A DNA stretch of 64,000 bases from Nannocystis sp. SCPEA4. Its GTDB lineage: Bacteria > Myxococcota_A > Polyangia > Nannocystales > Nannocystaceae. A model generated the notes under the pieces. It did not search any database. It had not been told where the DNA came from and saw nothing but the letters and a program-made list of their open reading frames with translations. Shown piece by piece: positions 45,423 to 54,485 of this stretch. The position numbers and the translations under genes are program-made. Positions within the stretch are counted from its first letter, which is position 1, and the number at the start of each line of letters is the position of its first letter. The DNA is taken from assembly GCF_026626685.1 (NCBI RefSeq), contig NZ_JAPNJX010000001.1, positions 204,752 through 268,751 on the forward strand. Reading direction: 5' to 3'.

Positions 45423-46013
45423 ATGACCGCCCTCGCCTATCCCCGCCCCGTCCGCTTGCCGACCACCGCCAAGCTCGCCCTCCTCGCCCTCCTCGCCGCC
45501 CTCGCCGTGATCGCTCCCCGGCCCGCACGCGCGAGCGAGGGCGAGGTCGCGACCGACTTCAAGCGCGGCCCCTTCGCCGAGTTCGCGTGGCGCCCCGCCG
45601 TCGTCCCCCTGCACAACGACGTCATGCCCGCCGCGCGCACGCACATGATGCTCGGCGCCCGCATCTCGCCCGCGGTCACGCTCGGCACCATGGGCCACCT
45701 GACGATCTACTTCGACAAGGACCAGAAGGTCGGCGCCGGCCTCGACGCCATGATCCAGGTGAACGTCAGTCGCGGCTTCTATCTCCGCGCCGGCGCCGGC
45801 GCGATCAGCCACGTCCCGATCGCCCGCGAGATCACCACGCGCACCCCCGGCTACGGCGGTCAGATCGGCCTCGGTTACGCGTTCAAGCTCGGCGACAAGG
45901 ACAAGGGCAAGGGCATCGCCCTCGCCCTCGGCGCCGACTACGACCTGCGGATCCTCGCCGACAAGCGCCGCCGCGGCATCTTCGTCCTCGGCCTCTCGTT
46001 CATGTTCGGCTGA
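45423..46013 (+). CDS. hypothetical outer-membrane beta-barrel protein
   Basis: Signal peptide, alternating amphipathic strands, C-terminal aromatic-rich FMFG. Confidence 0.45.
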   Translation: MTALAYPRPVRLPTTAKLALLALLAALAVIAPRPARASEGEVATDFKRGPFAEFAWRPAVVPLHNDVMPAARTHMMLGARISPAVTLGTMGHLTIYFDKDQKVGAGLDAMIQVNVSRGFYLRAGAGAISHVPIAREITTRTPGYGGQIGLGYAFKLGDKDKGKGIALALGADYDLRILADKRRRGIFVLGLSFMFG

Positions 46014-46151
46014 CGCCTCGCGCCCACGACCTCACCTCGCAAGGTCGCCGACAATGCATCGACGTCGAGCTCGCGCGCATCGACAACTTCATCGCCATGG
46101 TCGCTTCGTCCGCGCGACGCGAACCACTTCGCGGCCTGCGACCTCACAACC

Positions 46152-47399
46152 TCACGCCCGCCCCGCGTGCGGCACCGCGGCGACCAGCGCATCGACGGCG
46201 CGACGCACCCGCGCCGTGCTCTCGTAGCAGGGGGTGCCCAGCCGCAGCAGCGACGTGCGCTTGCCAGCTCTTCGCTCGTGCACGCAGCGCACGTGGATCC
46301 CCGCGGGTTGCAGCGACGCGCAGACCGCCTCGACGTCGACCGCGGGCAGCGTCACGCTCACCGTCGCCAGCAACCCCTCCGCCGTCGGCGGCGTCTCGCG
46401 CTCCTCGCCCGTCACCGGATCGAAGAACTGATGCGCCACGCCGGCCGCCAGCAGTCGCTCGTGGAGCTCGCGCGCCAGCCAGGCCGCCAGCGTGCGACTC
46501 CGCTTCAGCGCGACCTGTCCGAGCGCCGCGTGCAGATCGAGCGCGGCAGCCAGGCCCGCGTAGACCGAGAAGTCGTGCGCCCCTCGCCGCTCGAGCCCGA
46601 CGCAGCCGCCCTCCTCGCTGGCTTCGCCCGCGGTCAGCAGCGGCAGCTCCGAGCGCGCGCGCGTCGAGGCCCACGCCAGGCCCACGCCCGGCGGCCCGAA
46701 CAACCACTTGTGCCCGCTGGCGACCACGAAGTCGGCCCCCGTCAGCGCCGGCGGCACCAGCCCCAGCGCCTGCGCCGCGTCGACGATCACGAACACCTCC
46801 GGCGCCGCCGCGCGGACCGCCGCCGCGATCTCGCGCACGGGAATCACCTGTCCGATCGTATAGGTCACCTGCGACAGCAGCAGGATCGCCGGCCGCTGTG
46901 CCGCCGCGATCACCCCCGCCGCCGCCGGATCGCGCAACGCCGTGTCGGGCAAGATCGCCGCGCGGAACCCCGGCTCGAACGCCGCCGTCGCGCCCGGATG
47001 CTCGTGCCCGCTGGTGAGGACCAGCGGCGCCTCGCTCCCGCCCAGCCGCTCGCGCAGGGCCGACGCGATCGTCCGCAGCGCCTCGCTCGTCCCGGCCGTC
47101 AGCGCCGGCGGGTCGCCCCCCCACAGCGCGGCCGCCAGCGCCCGGGCCCGCCGCCGCTCGGCCCGCCCGCGCTGCACCTGTCCTTCGGGATAGGCGAACA
47201 GCTCGTCGTCCCAGAACCCCTGCATCGCCGCACGCACCGCCTGCGCCGGGGTGGCGATCGATCCCGGGTCGAGGTTGATGCGCGCCCCGGGGAATTGGCG
47301 CACGCGCAACCTGTCCCAGAGGTCCTGGTCTTCGGGACGCTCGCGCAGCGCGCCGAGCACCGACTCGCCGGCGGGCCGGCGCCCGCTCGCCTCCGTCAT
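46152..47399 (-). CDS. class V aminotransferase (cysteine desulfurase / isopenicillin-N epimerase-like, PLP-dependent)
   Basis: PLP-lysine motif ASGHKWLFGPPG and fold-type I length. Confidence 0.75.
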   Translation of the reverse strand: MTEASGRRPAGESVLGALRERPEDQDLWDRLRVRQFPGARINLDPGSIATPAQAVRAAMQGFWDDELFAYPEGQVQRGRAERRRARALAAALWGGDPPALTAGTSEALRTIASALRERLGGSEAPLVLTSGHEHPGATAAFEPGFRAAILPDTALRDPAAAGVIAAAQRPAILLLSQVTYTIGQVIPVREIAAAVRAAAPEVFVIVDAAQALGLVPPALTGADFVVASGHKWLFGPPGVGLAWASTRARSELPLLTAGEASEEGGCVGLERRGAHDFSVYAGLAAALDLHAALGQVALKRSRTLAAWLARELHERLLAAGVAHQFFDPVTGEERETPPTAEGLLATVSVTLPAVDVEAVCASLQPAGIHVRCVHERRAGKRTSLLRLGTPCYESTARVRRAVDALVAAVPHAGRA

Positions 47400-47554
47400 C
47401 GGCTGCCCTCTGCCATCGGTCCACAGTAGACCGCCGCGCGGCCTCCCGGGGGATCGATCCGCCGCGCTGAACCGCGCGTCCGCATCCGCGCACGGTCCCC
47501 ACGCAACCGCCGCGCGCCAGCGCGCACGGCCGTGGTCACGACGATCGTATCTGT

Positions 47555-47610
47555 TTCACCATGCCTGTTCGGACATGCCCCAATCGACATGTCCATTCAA
47601 GCATGTCACA
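47555..47610. repeat. GGACATGYCC-family tandem array (4 units, 14-bp period)
   Basis: CATG at 47560, 47574, 47588 and 47602. Confidence 0.8.
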
Positions 47611-47660
47611 GGCACGAACGGCGTCCCTCGCCGCCCGCGCGCAGGCCCTCAGCCCGGGCC

Positions 47661-48302
47661 TCACAGCGAGTTCTGCAGCACGCACTCCCCGGCCACGCAG
47701 CGGGCCACCTTCGCGGTGCACTGGTCGATGGCGATGCAAGGCACCTCGTCGGGCGGCACCGGGCACTGCGCCAGCTGGTCGACGCAATCGTTGGCGATCG
47801 CCATCTCGTGGCCGCCCAGGTCGCACGGGCAGCAGCCCGGGACCACCTTCTGGCAGTCCTCGTCGTCGGCGCAGCCGCAGCGCGGCTCGGTCCGGCAGCG
47901 GCAGATCTCGCAGCCGCGCTCGTCGCGTTGGAACCCGAACGGGCACAGGAGGGTGCACGGCACCGGCTCGCACACGGCAGCCACGTCGACGCAGGTCCCG
48001 CCGCCGCAGTCGAGGCTGCAGACCGATTGACCGGTCGCGGGATCGCAGCTGCACAGCGACGGCACGCAGTCGGTGCCCCTCTGACACACCTGTCCTTCCG
48101 GACACCCGGTCTGCACGCAGCCCGGCTGCCGGAACCCCTCGCACGGGTCCTCCGCCACGTCCGTGTCCTCGCTCGGATTGGCCGGCACGAGCGGCACCTG
48201 GGCCGTCCGCACCGGCACGCCGGGCGGCAGGACGTCGCACGCCGGCCCGAGCGCCGCCGCCCCCAGCAACACCACCGCCAATGGCAGAGATCGCATGACC
48301 AC
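47661..48302 (-). CDS. secreted Cys-rich protein (CEICRC-containing module)
   Basis: Signal peptide and about 30 Cys in a conserved pattern, e.g. GCPEGQ.C..G.DCVPS.C.CDP and FGFQ.DE.GCEIC.C. It is a paralog of the next gene. Confidence 0.6.
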   Translation of the reverse strand: MVMRSLPLAVVLLGAAALGPACDVLPPGVPVRTAQVPLVPANPSEDTDVAEDPCEGFRQPGCVQTGCPEGQVCQRGTDCVPSLCSCDPATGQSVCSLDCGGGTCVDVAAVCEPVPCTLLCPFGFQRDERGCEICRCRTEPRCGCADDEDCQKVVPGCCPCDLGGHEMAIANDCVDQLAQCPVPPDEVPCIAIDQCTAKVARCVAGECVLQNSL

Positions 48303-48457
48303 GCTCCTTCCGGTCAGCGTGGTCCGGACGCGCCCGCACGCAAACCGGCGAGCCGGGCGACCGACTCCCGCGAGCGCCCGGCGGCGGCGCCTCGGCTCGG
48401 CCCGCTGCTCGCCCGCCCCGCCGACGCGAGGCGGTCCGCCCGCAGCGGACCGGACCT

Positions 48458-48536
48458 TGGTTCATGCCCGAAAGACCATGCTCCTTCGGACATTCTCCTC
48501 AAGACATGTCTGTTACGACATGCCCCGGAGTGTCAC
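48458..48536. repeat. GGACATGYCC-family tandem array (6 units)
   Basis: CATG-like cores at 48464, 48477, 48491, 48506 and 48520, between the two Cys-rich paralogs. Confidence 0.8.
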
Positions 48537-49408
48537 TGCAGCACGCACTCCCCCTGCAGACACACCGCCTGGGCGTCGGTGCACAGGTACACCGCCGGGC
48601 AAACCACCTCGCCGGGCGGGAACGGGCACGGCTCGAGCTGATCGACGCACGCGGCCGCGACCGCCACCTCGGCCCCGCCCATGTTGCACGAGCAGCAGCC
48701 GGGGCTGGCCTTGACGCAGTCGGCGTCGGACTCGCAGCCGCAGTCGGGCGCCGGCGGCTCGTTGCAGGCGCAGATCTCGCAGCCCTGCTCGTCCTTCTGG
48801 AACCCGAACTCGCAGAACAGGTTGCAGACCACCGGGTCGCACGCCGCTGCGACGCAAGTGCCGCCGCCGCAGTCCGGCGTGCAGTTGATCTGTTCCGTGA
48901 CCGGATCGCAGATGCAGGCCGACGGCACGCAATCGAGCCCGATCTCGCACGTCTGGCCCTCGGGACAGCCCTTCTCGATGCACCCCGGCTGCTCGAAGTC
49001 GTCGCACAGGTTGCCGCCCGTGCTGGTCTCCCCGGTCGTGTCCGGACCGGTGGTGCTGCTCGTCGTCTCGGCGGTGGTGCCCGTCGTCGTCGTCTCGCCG
49101 CTCGTGCTCGTCGTCGTCTCGCCGCTCGTGCTCGTCGTCGTCGTCTCGCCGCTCGTGCTCGTCGTCGTCGTCTCGCCCGTCGCCGACTCGGTCTGCCCCT
49201 CGCTGCCGCCCGTCTCGGTCGGCCCGCCGGAGCCCGTCAGCGTCGCGCTGCCGGAGCTCGTGTCGGCGCTCGTCGCCGTGCTCTCCGAGGTCTGGCCGGT
49301 CTCGCCGCCCTCGCTGGTGCCGCCGGTCTGACCGCAACCCAGCCCGAGCACCAGCGCGGTGCAACTCGCTGCTCGCGCCATCCAACTCTGCGTGTTCATG
49401 ATCCTCAT
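48533..49408 (-). CDS. secreted Cys-rich lipoprotein, paralog of 47661..48302, with Thr-rich linker
   Basis: Lipobox LGLGC, ETTTTSTSG x5 encoded by 27-30-bp tandem repeats (49075-49200), and the same C-terminal Cys pattern. Confidence 0.6.
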   Translation of the reverse strand: MRIMNTQSWMARAASCTALVLGLGCGQTGGTSEGGETGQTSESTATSADTSSGSATLTGSGGPTETGGSEGQTESATGETTTTSTSGETTTTSTSGETTTSTSGETTTTGTTAETTSSTTGPDTTGETSTGGNLCDDFEQPGCIEKGCPEGQTCEIGLDCVPSACICDPVTEQINCTPDCGGGTCVAAACDPVVCNLFCEFGFQKDEQGCEICACNEPPAPDCGCESDADCVKASPGCCSCNMGGAEVAVAAACVDQLEPCPFPPGEVVCPAVYLCTDAQAVCLQGECVLQ

Positions 49409-49518
49409 AAGTAAGCTCCTTCGTCGCGGGCATAGCCGACAGGCCTCACCCCGACAAGCGGCGCCCGCAGCCGCTTGCAGCCAGCGACGCCGTCGCGCGG
49501 CCGGGCCCGCTCGTGAAA

Positions 49519-50541
49519 CTACACGCGGACCCGAGCGCGGGGCGGCGGCGCGCCGGGCAGCTGCAGGCAATAGGCGACGAACGCGGCGAACACCGGGCGC
49601 GCGCGCCCCTCGGTCGGCAGCGCGTGCAGGTGCAGCGCAGGCACCACGTTGACCTCGAGCAGCAGCGCCGAGCCCTGCGCCGCTGCGGGCGGCCCCGCGA
49701 ATGCCGCCAGCGGCCCGCGGAGGTCGACCCCGCCGACATCGACCCCCAGCAGATCGCACGCCGACGCCGCGACCGCCAGCCACTCCGGGTGCACCGCGTC
49801 GGTCCGATCGATCACGGCGAGCTCGTCGCCCGTGATCTCGACCTCACGCCCGTCGGGGATCGCCGCCTCGAGGTCGAGTTCGTAGACCTCGAGGTGACCG
49901 GCGAGGTCCTCGTCCGCCTCGATCTGGTCGATCGGACAGAGGCTCGGCGCCGACCACGTCCCGCGCTGCGGGTCGCGGTTCAGCGCCGCCACCTGCGCCG
50001 CCGCGCTGCGCCCCGCCTGCAGCTTCGGCCGCACCACCTCGACGGCCGCCAGCGCCTGCCCTCCGATCACCGCCACCCGCAGGTTGGTCCCGGCGATGAA
50101 CGGCTCGACCAGCACCTCCTCGTCGAGGTCGATCGCGCGGGCCCGATCGCGCGCGCGCGCCAGCGTCGCCAGGTCGCGCACGTCGGTCGCTACCCCGACC
50201 CCGCGGTTGCCCCAGTTGGGCTTGACCACCAGCCGCCCGTGACGCGCCAGCAGGGCCCGCACCGCCGGCCCGGCGATGTCGCCGGCCTCGTCGACCAGCA
50301 CCCCCTCGGCGCACGGCAGCCCGTGCGCGCGCAGCAGCTCGCGGCTCAGGTGCTTGTTGTTGGCCAGGCCCTGCGCCACCTGCGTCAGGAACGGCGAGCG
50401 CGTCTTGCTGACGATCGCCGAGCGCTCGCCGTGCGACAGGCGCATGAAGTAGTCGGTGTGCTCGCGCCCGAGCGGCTCGGCCCGCGCCCCGAGCTCGGCC
50501 GCCGCCGCCGCGATCAGCTGGTTCGTCCTGCTCCAGACCAC
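49519..50541 (-). CDS. ATP-grasp ligase (RimK-like)
   Basis: VVKPNWGNRGVGV and a downstream ATP-grasp acidic/Mg-binding region; GTG start. Confidence 0.65.
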   Translation of the reverse strand: MVWSRTNQLIAAAAAELGARAEPLGREHTDYFMRLSHGERSAIVSKTRSPFLTQVAQGLANNKHLSRELLRAHGLPCAEGVLVDEAGDIAGPAVRALLARHGRLVVKPNWGNRGVGVATDVRDLATLARARDRARAIDLDEEVLVEPFIAGTNLRVAVIGGQALAAVEVVRPKLQAGRSAAAQVAALNRDPQRGTWSAPSLCPIDQIEADEDLAGHLEVYELDLEAAIPDGREVEITGDELAVIDRTDAVHPEWLAVAASACDLLGVDVGGVDLRGPLAAFAGPPAAAQGSALLLEVNVVPALHLHALPTEGRARPVFAAFVAYCLQLPGAPPPRARVRV

Positions 50542-50543
50542 CG

Positions 50544-50596
50544 GGACATGTCCTCACGGACCTGGCTCACTCGCCATGTCCTTTATGACCTGTCGT
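50544..50596. repeat. GGACATGYCC-family tandem array (4 units) overlapping the speE 3' end
   Basis: ggacatgtcc at 50544, then ggacctggct, cgccatgtcc and tgacctgtcg. It encodes the last ~10 codons of speE. Confidence 0.75.
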
Positions 50597-51487
50597 GTAC
50601 GACAGCAGCTCGCCCTCGCCGGTGATCACCGCCCCCGGCTGGGCCAGGCGGCGGCGCAGGATCGGCGGCAGCTCGAGCGCCGCGCGGTGGGCCGTCGGCG
50701 TGTACCACTGCAGCTCGCCGAGCGCGGCGATCCGGCGGGCCAGGTCGGGCGGGTCGGCGTCGAGCGGCCGGCGCGACATCAGGGCGAAGCCCCACAGGCA
50801 GTGGAACGACGGCACGAAGCCGTGGGCGAAGCGGACGTGGGGGAACACCGCCTCGAGCGTGCTGCGGACGGTGCGGGCCAGCTTGAGGTCGAGCGGGTCG
50901 AGCTCGCCGGCCTGCAGCACGCAGATCCCGTCGTCGGCGAGGGCGCGCAGCACGAGCGAGAAGAACTGGGTCGAGAACAGTGCCGCCGACGGCCCCTCGT
51001 CGGTCGGGTCGGTGACGTCGAGGACGATCGCGTCGAAGCTGCCGGGCGCGGCCTGGCGCAGCGTGTCGAAGATGTCCTCGGTGCGCAGCTCGACGCGGGG
51101 GTCGTCGAGGCTGCCGGCGTGCCACTGCTCGAGGTGGCGCCGGCTGAGCTCGACCACCTCCGCATCGAGGTCGACCGACACGATCTTCTCGACCGACGCG
51201 TGGCGCAGGATCTCCCGCAGCGACGCCCCCTCGCCTGTCCCTCCGACCAGCACCCGCCGCGGCGACCCGTGCAGCACCAGCGCCGGGTGGACCAGCGCCT
51301 CGTGGTAGAGCGCCTCGTCGGCCTCGGCCGACTGCACCAGCCCGTCGAGGAACAGCATGCGCCCGTAGGCGCTGGTGTCGGCGACGACCGCGTCCTGGTA
51401 GCGCGTCTTCACGTGCGCGACCAGGCGCTCGACGCTGTACAGGATCGACACGCCCTCGATCTCGGGCTCTTGCAGCACCAGGTGCAT
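50567..51487 (-). CDS. speE: spermidine synthase (polyamine aminopropyltransferase)
   Basis: VLVGGTGEGASLREILRH, DLDAEVVELSR and DAIVLDVTDP motifs; 306 aa. Confidence 0.8.
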   Translation of the reverse strand: MHLVLQEPEIEGVSILYSVERLVAHVKTRYQDAVVADTSAYGRMLFLDGLVQSAEADEALYHEALVHPALVLHGSPRRVLVGGTGEGASLREILRHASVEKIVSVDLDAEVVELSRRHLEQWHAGSLDDPRVELRTEDIFDTLRQAAPGSFDAIVLDVTDPTDEGPSAALFSTQFFSLVLRALADDGICVLQAGELDPLDLKLARTVRSTLEAVFPHVRFAHGFVPSFHCLWGFALMSRRPLDADPPDLARRIAALGELQWYTPTAHRAALELPPILRRRLAQPGAVITGEGELLSYTTGHKGHGE

Positions 51488-51502
51488 CGTCTGTCCTTTC
51501 GC

Positions 51503-51985
51503 TCAGCCGCGCGACCGGCGGCGGCTGACGATCATACCGAGCCCGGTGGCCACCAGCGCCAGCATCCCGAGGCCCGCGAGCAGCGCGGCGGCCTGCCCCG
51601 GCAGACCGACGATCTCGCCGGTGTGCAGCTTGAAAAGCAGCTGCGTCAGCCCGCCCGCGGTGCGGCGGCGCTCGATCAGCGAGCCGTCGCCGGCCAGGTA
51701 GAGCACCGTCTCGTCGTCGTCGTCGAGCCAGAACACCCACGGCGCGTCGGGTTCGGTGGCCAGGCCGATGTCGGTGATCACCTCGTCGCCGGCCTCGCGC
51801 TGCGCGCGCGCCAGCAGCGCCTCCAGCGCGAGCGGCTGCTCGACCACCGGCGCGGTCGGCGGCGGCACCTTCGCGCAGCCGCGGAACACCAGCATCGCCC
51901 CCGTCAACGCGATCACGGCGAACACCGCCGCCAGCCCGGCCCCGACCGTCTGGTGCAGCTTGAACAGCCTTCGGCGCATGCTCAT
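51503..51985 (-). CDS. PepSY-associated TM helix domain protein
   Basis: Duplicated LFKLHQ.. and LFKLHTGE motifs flank TM helices. Confidence 0.6.
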   Translation of the reverse strand: MSMRRRLFKLHQTVGAGLAAVFAVIALTGAMLVFRGCAKVPPPTAPVVEQPLALEALLARAQREAGDEVITDIGLATEPDAPWVFWLDDDDETVLYLAGDGSLIERRRTAGGLTQLLFKLHTGEIVGLPGQAAALLAGLGMLALVATGLGMIVSRRRSRG

Positions 51986-52040
51986 ACGGACATGCTCCTT
52001 CGTTCATGCCCCTTGCGACATGTCCTCACAGCATGGCCCC
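51975..52040. repeat. GGACATGYCC-family tandem array (5 units, 14-bp period)
   Basis: CATG at 51977, 51991, 52005, 52019 and 52032. It spans the PepSY start and TBDR stop, and the TBDR C-terminal residues are encoded by the array. Confidence 0.8.
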
Positions 52041-54479
52041 CCAGGTGCGCCAGAACCACCGCTCGATCCGGCGCACGCCGGCGGTCCAGACCCGGCGGTT
52101 GACCTTGCCGGCCTTCCAGCGCATGCGCGCCTGCTCGCCGGCCTTGCCGCGGATCCACTCGTGGGCGAAGCCCAGGTTGAAGTAGAACGTGCGCGGGCGC
52201 ATCGGCAGGATGCCGCCGTTGATGTCGTCGGAGCGGGTGAACCACTGCTCGTTGAGCAAGTTCTTGACGCCGACGGTCGCCTCGAGCCGCCAGCCCTGCG
52301 GCAGGGCGGTGCGGTAGCCCAGCCACGCGCCCATCAGGGTGTAGGCCGGCATCGTCCCGACCTCGCCGGTCGCGCGCGGCGCGTCCCAGTTGGCGTAGTC
52401 GGTGTACTGCTTGTCGACCCACTCGATCTTGGTGCCGACGCGCAGGCCGAACGGCGCCTCGTAGCTGGCCGAGCCCCACACCTCGTGCGCCGGGTACCAC
52501 GGCATGCGGTTGCCGGTGTAGAGGTCGCGCAGCACGCGGCTGCCGTTGTAGGCGTAGCCGGCGTTGAACTCCAGCCCCTCGACCTTCTCCCACACCTCGC
52601 CGGGCAGCCACTCGACGTCGACCTCGGCGCCGTAGGTGTGGGCCGCCGGGATGACGTCGATCGCGTTCTCGCCCTCGTCGCGCAGGTTGTTGAAGTAGCG
52701 GTACCAGCCGTCGACGGTCGCGTACACCCCGCCGAGCTCCATCAGCTTGACGCCCGCCTCGACCGTGTCGGCCAGCTCGGGCTTGATGAAGCGCAGCGCC
52801 CGGCCCATCGCCTCGCCGGGGTTGATCGGCTGGATCGCCCCCGACAGGTAGCTCGGCGCGCCGAACGAGCGCCCGTAGCCGAGGTAGAGCCCGACGTAAT
52901 CGCCGCCGTACCACAGCGACGCCGCCGGCAGCGGCCCGCCGTAGAACGGCCGCGGGTAGCTCACGCCCTCGAGCACGTTGTAAAAGCTCTGCTTGGTCAG
53001 CTCGAGCCGCACGCCGGCGGTCAGCACCAGCTTGGTGTCGAGCAGGTAGATCTTGTCCTCGAGGTACAGCGAGTAGCCGCCGATCCGGCCGTCGAAGCAG
53101 CGCAGCGCGTTGGGCGAGCCCTCCGGCAGCACCGCGCCGCGCGGGCACACGCGCGCGTCGCCGTCGGCCTGGAGCGGGTCGCCGGGGCGCCCGGGGAACT
53201 CGACGCGGAAGCCGCGGATCCGCGCCGCCTCGAACACCCCGCGCGTGCCGATCGAGATGTCGTGGAAGCCGCCGCGGTGGCGCACGCGGAACGCGTAGCG
53301 CGGCTCGATGCCGACCACGTCGAACGCCCGCGGCTGCACCAACAAGAAGGTCGGCGCCGCGCCGAGGTTGCGGTCCTCGTTGGTCGCCTGGACCACGCGG
53401 CGCAGCGTGTGGCTGTAGAACGCGATCACCTGCAGCTCGTGCTCGGCCTTCGGCGTCCACCGCAGCTTGAGGCTGGTGCCCTCGCGGTGGCCGTTGAAGG
53501 TGTCGAACGGGCGGTTGCTGGAGAATCGATCGTCGGCGTAGGTGGCCGAGTCGAGACCGCCCGGCAGGTTGGTCTTCTCCCAGAACAGGTGCGTGCTCGA
53601 CAGCAGCTCGATGCGCTTGGTCACCGGCACCTGCAGCTTGACGATCCCGCCGTGGCTCTGAAACTCGCTGTGCTCGCGGTACGTCTTGCCGAACCGCGGC
53701 GCGTACTCGACGTACACGCCGACGCCCTTGTGCGTGCCGCCGTACGAGGCCGCCGCGCCGGCGTCGCCGAACTGGTCCGACTGGGCGAACACCGACACCG
53801 TCGGGTTCTTCGGGATCGGGTGCGACACCATGTTGAACACGCCGCCCGACGTCCACGGCCCGAAGCGCACCGACGAGCCGCCGCGCACCGTGTCGACGCG
53901 GGCGATCTGGAACAGCGACAGCGGGAACAGCACCATCGACGGCGCGCCGTACGGGGCCGGCGCCACCGGCACCTCGTCGAGCAGGATCGTCGCCTGCTCC
54001 GACAGCCGCGGGTCGGCGCCGCGGACCGCCAGGTTGAGCTTCGTCGCCGACGTCCCGAGCCCCGACGCGCCCTCGACCGCGCGCACCCCCGGGACCTTGT
54101 CGAGCAGCTCCGCCACCCCGCTGGCGCCCTCGGCCTTGGCGTCGTCGACGTCGACCACCGCGCGCCCGCCCGCGTGGCGGTGGGCGTCGATGCGGGTCGA
54201 GCGGCCGAGCAGGTCGGTCGTCACCTCGATGTCGCGCGACTCGCCCGGCAGCACCTTGGTCCCGGGGGCCAGCGGCGGCTCCTCGGCCTCGGGCGCGGCC
54301 GGGGCGGTGACCGTCGGACTGCCTGTCTCTTCGGGCATGCTCTTCGGAGCAGGCTCCCGAGAGAATGTCCAATCGGACCTGTCCTCCGGAGCAGGCACGT
54401 CCGGAGCCGCGTCCGGCCCGTCGTACGCGCGCGGGTCGGCGGCCAGGAGCAGGGCCAGGCTGTACGCGAACGGCGGCAC
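52026..54479 (-). CDS. TonB-dependent receptor
   Basis: Plug motifs (IEVTT.., VRAVEG), multiple beta-barrel strand motifs; 817 aa. A degenerate repeat array (54317-54398) lies in-frame after the putative signal peptide. Confidence 0.85.
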   Translation of the reverse strand: MPPFAYSLALLLAADPRAYDGPDAAPDVPAPEDRSDWTFSREPAPKSMPEETGSPTVTAPAAPEAEEPPLAPGTKVLPGESRDIEVTTDLLGRSTRIDAHRHAGGRAVVDVDDAKAEGASGVAELLDKVPGVRAVEGASGLGTSATKLNLAVRGADPRLSEQATILLDEVPVAPAPYGAPSMVLFPLSLFQIARVDTVRGGSSVRFGPWTSGGVFNMVSHPIPKNPTVSVFAQSDQFGDAGAAASYGGTHKGVGVYVEYAPRFGKTYREHSEFQSHGGIVKLQVPVTKRIELLSSTHLFWEKTNLPGGLDSATYADDRFSSNRPFDTFNGHREGTSLKLRWTPKAEHELQVIAFYSHTLRRVVQATNEDRNLGAAPTFLLVQPRAFDVVGIEPRYAFRVRHRGGFHDISIGTRGVFEAARIRGFRVEFPGRPGDPLQADGDARVCPRGAVLPEGSPNALRCFDGRIGGYSLYLEDKIYLLDTKLVLTAGVRLELTKQSFYNVLEGVSYPRPFYGGPLPAASLWYGGDYVGLYLGYGRSFGAPSYLSGAIQPINPGEAMGRALRFIKPELADTVEAGVKLMELGGVYATVDGWYRYFNNLRDEGENAIDVIPAAHTYGAEVDVEWLPGEVWEKVEGLEFNAGYAYNGSRVLRDLYTGNRMPWYPAHEVWGSASYEAPFGLRVGTKIEWVDKQYTDYANWDAPRATGEVGTMPAYTLMGAWLGYRTALPQGWRLEATVGVKNLLNEQWFTRSDDINGGILPMRPRTFYFNLGFAHEWIRGKAGEQARMRWKAGKVNRRVWTAGVRRIERWFWRTWGAML
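54317..54398. repeat. degenerate GGACATGYCC-family array (6 units) inside TBDR N-terminal coding region
   Basis: gggcatgctc, gagcaggctc, gagaatgtcc, ggacctgtcc and gagcaggcac with a 14-bp period. Confidence 0.65.
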
Positions 54480-54485
54480 GGCGGT

